DNA from: Candidatus Latescibacterota bacterium
GTDB lineage: Bacteria > Krumholzibacteriota > Krumholzibacteriia > WVZY01
Direction: 5' to 3'
NCBI GenBank assembly: GCA_963791045.1
Contig: CAWBQK010000004.1
Coordinates: forward strand, 64,001 to 128,000
DNA: 64,000 nt
This document shows, piece after piece, positions 59,056 to 64,000 of the stretch (positions within the stretch are counted from its first letter, which is position 1; each line of letters starts with the position of its first letter). A model generated the notes under the pieces. The model had not been told where the DNA came from. It ran no database searches and saw nothing but the letters and a program-made list of their open reading frames with translations. The position numbers and the translations under genes were made by a program.

Positions 59056-59214
59056 AGGAACTCCTTGTGATGTAACCGCCGTATATAACCGGATACACAA
59101 ATCCGGCATCCGGGTGCCCAGATTAGCAGAGGTTTTTTGATAATGGAAAGGGGAATCTCTCTTTTCCGGTGAGCCACCATCCGCCCCGACACGCCCCGCG
59201 ACCGCCCCATCACC

Positions 59215-60363
59215 CTACAAGAGGTCCAGGTAGTACTGCTCGACCTCGTCGGTCACGCGGTCCCAGTTGAACCGTTCCTCAATCCGCTCGCGCCCCCTTC
59301 GTCCCCGCTCGGCCACAACGGTCGAATCCTTCAGCAGCTCCTGAAGCAAAAACCGCAAGTCGCTCACATCATTGGTCTTGAAGTATACGGCCACATCCCC
59401 GCCTACCTCCGAGTTCTCCGGAATATCACTGAGCAGAGCGCATCGGCCAAACCCCATTGCCTCGCACACGGTAATGGGAAGTCCCTCAACCTCCGAGGCC
59501 AGGACATATAAATGGGCATTGGAATACAGTTCTTCGAGAACCTCGCCGTACAGATCGCCGGTGAAAATCACGCGGTCGTCGGCCATCTCTTCGAGCCGCC
59601 GGGAGTAATCCGTCCGCGGCATCTCGCTCCCGACCACCACCAGTTTGAGCGGGGTATCGACCGACGCAAACGCCTTGAGCAGAGTGTGGACTCCCCTGTC
59701 GGGTATGATCCTTCCAACGGTGAGGATGTAGTCGCCGCCCTCGAGCCCTATTTGTTTGATCCGGTTCGGAGGTTTGATCGGCAAGATCGTCGCGCCGTTG
59801 GGGATATAGCGCGCACTCACCCCATACTTTCTTCCAATGTAGTCGCGCAATATTTCCGAAACCGCAATGACACCGCGACTCGAGCGAATCGCCGTTTCCT
59901 CGCCTTTCAACAGGGCGCGTTTCGCCCACTTGCCCCACTTCACCTGCCGCCAGTCGAGCGCATGGATGGTGGACACCACGGTTTGACCACCAAGACGAGC
60001 CACGGGCGCAAACGCCGACGGGCCGATTCCATGAAAGTGAACAATATCGAACGATCGCCGAAACGCCGTCTCGAGCGCGCAGAAAAAAGTGTGTGACGCG
60101 GCATCAAGATGTTTGGTGGGAACGCTGGGGCGATAAACGAGCCGGACACCCTTGTATGTGAACCCAGTGGGTCCTTTGTTCAACCCGTCGACTTTTGCAA
60201 TCGCCGCGTCTTCGGGTTTAAAACGATTTCGGCAAAAAACGGATACTTCGTGACCCCGCGCGGCAAGACGTGTGGAAATCTGATCGACATGCGTTTCGAT
60301 TCCGCCGAACCGGGCGGGTATCCCTTTCTGACCGATCATGGCAATTCGCAAGAGCCGGCGCAT
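59215..60363 (-). CDS. Glycosyltransferase family 4
   Basis: GQKGIPARFGGIETHV, VGRIIP.RG, EGLPITVCEAM, SDIPEN. Confidence 0.92.
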   Translation of the reverse strand: MRRLLRIAMIGQKGIPARFGGIETHVDQISTRLAARGHEVSVFCRNRFKPEDAAIAKVDGLNKGPTGFTYKGVRLVYRPSVPTKHLDAASHTFFCALETAFRRSFDIVHFHGIGPSAFAPVARLGGQTVVSTIHALDWRQVKWGKWAKRALLKGEETAIRSSRGVIAVSEILRDYIGRKYGVSARYIPNGATILPIKPPNRIKQIGLEGGDYILTVGRIIPDRGVHTLLKAFASVDTPLKLVVVGSEMPRTDYSRRLEEMADDRVIFTGDLYGEVLEELYSNAHLYVLASEVEGLPITVCEAMGFGRCALLSDIPENSEVGGDVAVYFKTNDVSDLRFLLQELLKDSTVVAERGRRGRERIEERFNWDRVTDEVEQYYLDLL

Positions 60364-61619
60364 ACTACTACACCTCTCCCTGCGGACCCAATCGCACGCT
60401 CGTAAAGCGATTCGATCGTGTCGAGATGACGCGCTTCGGTCAGCTTATCGGAGATCGCCTTGCGCCCCCTATGACCGATCTCCGCCGCGCGTGTTCCATC
60501 CGTCCACAAGGTTCGAATCGCCGTGGCAAGCGCGCACGCGTCCCCCACTGGAAAAACGATTCCGCCACAGAGTTCGGCCAGTTCCGGCAGACCACCCATG
60601 TTCGAGACAACAATGGGAACACCGAGATCCATTGCCTCGAGAACTGTGAAAGGCGCGTTCTCGGGACTCTCGGTCGGGAGCACAACCGCCGTTGCCCGCC
60701 GTATCACCATATCGAGTTCGGGTTTTCGCAGATGCCCGGTAAAAACGACATTTCTTATACCCGATGATGTAACGCGCTCACGAAGCGCCGATCCCAGAGG
60801 CCCATCTCCGCAGACAACCATCGCGACATCGGGGATTCGACACACCGCGTCGAACAACGTCGGCAGACCTTTTTCAGCGCTGAGTCTTCCAAAATACAGA
60901 ATGTATTTCTCAGGGAGATCATCAAGCCCACCGCTCGCCGCGGCTCCATCACTCGTCTCAGCCGGCACGTAGGGCGGAACATACACTACCCTGTCATCCG
61001 AGTAACCCGCTTCGACAAACGTATCGCGCATAAACCGGCTCGGCGCAAAAAAGAAACGGATGTCGTCGTACACGTGTGTCCATTTCTGATAGTACGCCTC
61101 AAGCGAAAGGAGCGCGCTCCGCGCAAACGATCCATCGTGGCACCGCGTGGTTGCTGCTTTCAAAAAATGGCCGCCGCGGCACTTGTAACAATACGCTTTC
61201 CCGTCAAAAAGCGAGTAGTTCGGGCACACCAGCTTGTAATCATGAAGCGTCATGACAACAGGCACGCCGGCCCGAGTTAGAACCGGAATGATCGATGGGG
61301 TTATCTGATGGTAGATATTGTGGAGGTGGGCGATATCGGGCTTCACCGCGGCGATGAGACGCTCAATATTGCGTGCCGCTTCCTTCGACCTGATAAACGA
61401 AACGCCGGCTGTGACATCGTAAGATTTGGCGTCACGAGCGGCGTAGTCCTTTTCGCCGACGAAATAATCAGAGAACGGGGATTCAAGGTTTTGCGGATGG
61501 CGCATCGAGAAATGACTCACATTATGGCCGCGTTTCTCGAGGGATTGCGACAACGAGAACAAATACCTTTCGGTCCCCCCCTTCTCGTAATAGAACTTGT
61601 TTATCTGTAAAACATGCAT
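60336..61619 (-). CDS. Glycosyltransferase family 4
   Basis: KFYYEKGGTE, HLHNIYHQ, TLHDYKLVCP, YFGRLSAEKG, ENAPFTVLEAM. Confidence 0.92.
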   Translation of the reverse strand: MHVLQINKFYYEKGGTERYLFSLSQSLEKRGHNVSHFSMRHPQNLESPFSDYFVGEKDYAARDAKSYDVTAGVSFIRSKEAARNIERLIAAVKPDIAHLHNIYHQITPSIIPVLTRAGVPVVMTLHDYKLVCPNYSLFDGKAYCYKCRGGHFLKAATTRCHDGSFARSALLSLEAYYQKWTHVYDDIRFFFAPSRFMRDTFVEAGYSDDRVVYVPPYVPAETSDGAAASGGLDDLPEKYILYFGRLSAEKGLPTLFDAVCRIPDVAMVVCGDGPLGSALRERVTSSGIRNVVFTGHLRKPELDMVIRRATAVVLPTESPENAPFTVLEAMDLGVPIVVSNMGGLPELAELCGGIVFPVGDACALATAIRTLWTDGTRAAEIGHRGRKAISDKLTEARHLDTIESLYERAIGSAGRGVVVCAGSCELP

Positions 61620-61643
61620 CCCGCAGCACAATACATATAATGA

Positions 61644-62633
61644 CTAGTTACCCAGGTGACGTTTTGCCTTTTCGACGGCGATCCACGAGAGAGCCTGCGG
61701 CATGTTGCGCTTGAGCGCCGATCTTGCCGTACAGATCATCCAGCATTTTTCGCATCCGTCGATTTCTTTTCTGACTTTGTCAGCGGCATCGCTTTCCCAA
61801 ACCTCTTCGAAGGTGTGTCCCTTGAGATCACCCATCGCCGAGGGCACGGTGAGACACGGGTATACGATCCCTTCCGGTGCAAGGTAAAAGAAATCAAGCC
61901 CCGCGCTGCATTTGAGAATCCGGCGCCCCTCTTCGTTGAAGACGAGCGAACCCTGCTCGAAGTAAGCCCGCATCCAGCGTTTTGGATGATAGCTTAGAAG
62001 TTCCTTCTTTATAACATACCCGAGGGCGTCGGCCAGTTCGCCATTTTGCACACCCTGGTTTTCCTGCGTGCTGAAATAAATGTCGGAGTTCTGCGCGACG
62101 GCGGTCGTAAACTGGAACCCAAGGGACTCGGCAAGGTCGTACACTTTTTCCATCTCGCCGACATTGTCGTTCATCGCGGTAAACCCGATACGGACGTTCT
62201 TGAATTCGCGTTCCTTGAGAGCCTTCAGCGTGCCGAGCGATTTGTCGTACGCCCTGGGTATCCCGCGAATCTTGTTATGAATCTCGCCAATTCCGTCGAG
62301 AGAGACCCCGATACCGATATTGGGGATGTGCTTCCGGAGATCCTCCATCTTGGTGATGATTTGATCCTCACGAAATCCATTGGTCGACACGACTATCCTG
62401 GGGCCGCCGCACTTGTTATGGACCGTTTTCACGATATCGACGAGATCTTTGCGCATAAAGGCTTCGCCGCCCGAAATATTGATATCCCGCAGCGTCGAAG
62501 GGACCTTGGCGTAGTCGTCCACGGTCAAGAATTCCTGCGGATCGATCTTCCAGATGTTGCACATCTGGCATCGTGCATCACACCGATAGGTGACGGCAAT
62601 AATTGCGTCGGTGGGGTATGCGGGCTGACCCAT
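61644..62633 (-). CDS. Radical SAM protein with SPASM/twitch domain
   Basis: CDARCQMC, SGGE, STNG, SLDG; C-terminal CSAG...G.VYPC...GCEKCWMIC. Confidence 0.92.
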   Translation of the reverse strand: MGQPAYPTDAIIAVTYRCDARCQMCNIWKIDPQEFLTVDDYAKVPSTLRDINISGGEAFMRKDLVDIVKTVHNKCGGPRIVVSTNGFREDQIITKMEDLRKHIPNIGIGVSLDGIGEIHNKIRGIPRAYDKSLGTLKALKEREFKNVRIGFTAMNDNVGEMEKVYDLAESLGFQFTTAVAQNSDIYFSTQENQGVQNGELADALGYVIKKELLSYHPKRWMRAYFEQGSLVFNEEGRRILKCSAGLDFFYLAPEGIVYPCLTVPSAMGDLKGHTFEEVWESDAADKVRKEIDGCEKCWMICTARSALKRNMPQALSWIAVEKAKRHLGN

Positions 62634-62645
62634 AACTGTAATTCC

Positions 62646-63779
62646 TTATATTACAAGGCGTTGAAACAACGCGTCAAATTTCGCTACCATCTTTTCGACG
62701 GTGTACCGTTCCTGGACCGTCTCGCGGGCCCGCTCGATAATTTGTTTCGTTTCTTGTGGTTTGTCAAATATATGACATAAAGCCTCTGAAAGTCCAACTG
62801 CATCGGCTGGAGCAATGAGCTTGCCATTCCACCCGTCTTCTATAATATCCCCTACCGATCCGACCGCGCTCGCCACGACCGGCGCGCCGGCCGCCATCGC
62901 CTCGAGAACGGCGAGCGGAAGCGTTTCCACGGCCGGGTGTGACGGGAGCACGACCGCGTCCGCCATATGGAGAATGTCGGGGATGTCATCGCGTATACCG
63001 AGAAAACTGACGCTTTCCTCCAGGCCCAGGCGCGCCCTTTCAGTCTCGAGTCGCGCTCGTTCCGGTCCGTCTCCCACGGCGAGAAACTTCACTCCCAAAT
63101 CGGGTCTTGTGTCGTTGATCGATTTCGCCGCGGCCAAAAGCGCCGAGTGCGCCTTTTCCGGCCTGAGAACCGCCACCATCGCGACCACTTTGTCATCTTC
63201 CCTCAAACCCAGTTCCGTGCGAAGCGCCGCGACGCGGGTCGGATCGACGGAGCCGAAGCGTTCGGTATCGATCCCATTCTCGATGATAACGATCTTCTCC
63301 CTTTCAACCTCTTCAACATCGTGAAGATACGAAGCGTGGGCCTCGCTCAACGCAACGACCACCGTGGTTTGCCGCATAAGAAGGCGATCCCACACCGTGA
63401 AGCTCCTCGTCGTCTCCATTCTCCCCGTCGAATGGGACGCCACGACGCGAACCGGCACCCGCGCCAGAACTGACGCAATACGCCCCCAGAACATCGCGTT
63501 GTGGTGATCTATCGAGAAGAATATGTCCGGTGAAAATGATCGCAGAATCGGCACGAGCCGCGCGAGAACCAACGGATCGGTACGGTGCCGCTGGAGACCG
63601 TGGTGGTAACGCACGCCCTCTCCCACGATGCGGTTCCCTACCGTGCCCGGGTCTTTGAGAAAGCAAAGCTCCGAATCGTAGCTGTCAGCCGGAAGCCTTG
63701 TGATCAAATTATATAAAACGTTTTCCGCTCCCCCGACCTCAAGCGTGGAAGCGATAAACGCGATCTTGATTTTACTCAC
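62646..63779 (-). CDS. Glycosyltransferase family 4
   Basis: GGAE, I.NGID, LRPEK.H, VGDGPE, ETLPLAVLEAMAAG.PVVAS.VG. Confidence 0.92.
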   Translation of the reverse strand: MSKIKIAFIASTLEVGGAENVLYNLITRLPADSYDSELCFLKDPGTVGNRIVGEGVRYHHGLQRHRTDPLVLARLVPILRSFSPDIFFSIDHHNAMFWGRIASVLARVPVRVVASHSTGRMETTRSFTVWDRLLMRQTTVVVALSEAHASYLHDVEEVEREKIVIIENGIDTERFGSVDPTRVAALRTELGLREDDKVVAMVAVLRPEKAHSALLAAAKSINDTRPDLGVKFLAVGDGPERARLETERARLGLEESVSFLGIRDDIPDILHMADAVVLPSHPAVETLPLAVLEAMAAGAPVVASAVGSVGDIIEDGWNGKLIAPADAVGLSEALCHIFDKPQETKQIIERARETVQERYTVEKMVAKFDALFQRLVI

Positions 63780-63797
63780 GGATGGATATGAATGATA

Positions 63798-64000
63798 TCA
63801 GACGTACGGACCGCAATCGCGGATTTTGGTTACACAATTTAGATCGTGGATCGACCCCTGGACACGCGCCGGGTTCCCGTAGACGACCACCTCGGGAGGG
63901 ATGTCTTTTGTGACCACGGCGCCGCTCCCGATGAGTGACCGCTCACCAATCGTGATATACGGCAAAATCGTCGCGTTGACGCCGATCTGGACACCGCGCT
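63798..64000 (-). CDS. Hexapeptide-repeat acyltransferase, C-terminal fragment (truncated by window edge)
   Basis: Manual translation RGVQIGVNATILPYITIGERSLIGSGAVVTKDIPPEVVVYGNPARV...PYV-stop. Confidence 0.85.
   Translation of the reverse strand, partial: RGVQIGVNATILPYITIGERSLIGSGAVVTKDIPPEVVVYGNPARVQGSIHDLNCVTKIRDCGPYV

Noticed and set aside
1-64000. CRISPR array, cas genes, IS elements, prophage, defence systems, rRNA
   Set aside because: No regularly spaced DNA repeats and no transposase, integrase, phage or nuclease motifs were seen by eye. Short or degenerate elements could have been missed.

Overview
Bacterial genomic window, GC-rich and densely coding, mostly on the minus strand. 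Two secreted proteins end in a PNPFNPxTTI FlgD-Ig/T9SS-like C-terminal domain and one ends in a 'STWGGVK' tail. This suggests an FCB-group candidate lineage such as Krumholzibacteriota, Latescibacterota or Eisenbacteria (inference, not verified). Contents in order: (1) a tandem glycine riboswitch with a terminator-type ON platform ahead of a class I/II aminotransferase and a divergent transketolase-like ThDP enzyme that runs off the left edge; (2) an operon of GAF-PP2C phosphatase, pseudokinase-TPR, GH113-like lipoprotein, beta-barrel protein and amidohydrolase; (3) a surface-glycan locus with a WbpB-WbpD fusion, WbpE, epimerase, GT2, two flippase-like proteins, GNAT, deacetylases, HAD and UbiA; (4) MFS and ABC transporters, a 1278-aa secreted protein with five ~230-aa repeats, an aspartyl protease-PDZ and an arylsulfate sulfotransferase; (5) an eight-gene aromatic carotenoid (isorenieratene-type) cluster crtY-crtE-crtI-crtB-DUF2141-crtT-crtU-crtV, next to a fasciclin gene whose promoter carries a 35-bp palindrome; (6) STAS, BNR/VPS10 and PepSY proteins; (7) czcCBA-type RND efflux directly downstream of tRNA-Cys, then tRNA-Gly; (8) the distal end of a second glycosyltransferase locus with a radical SAM/SPASM enzyme. 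Several single-base frameshifts look like assembly errors. No CRISPR array, integrase or transposase was seen. All calls come from motif recognition by eye; no searches were run.
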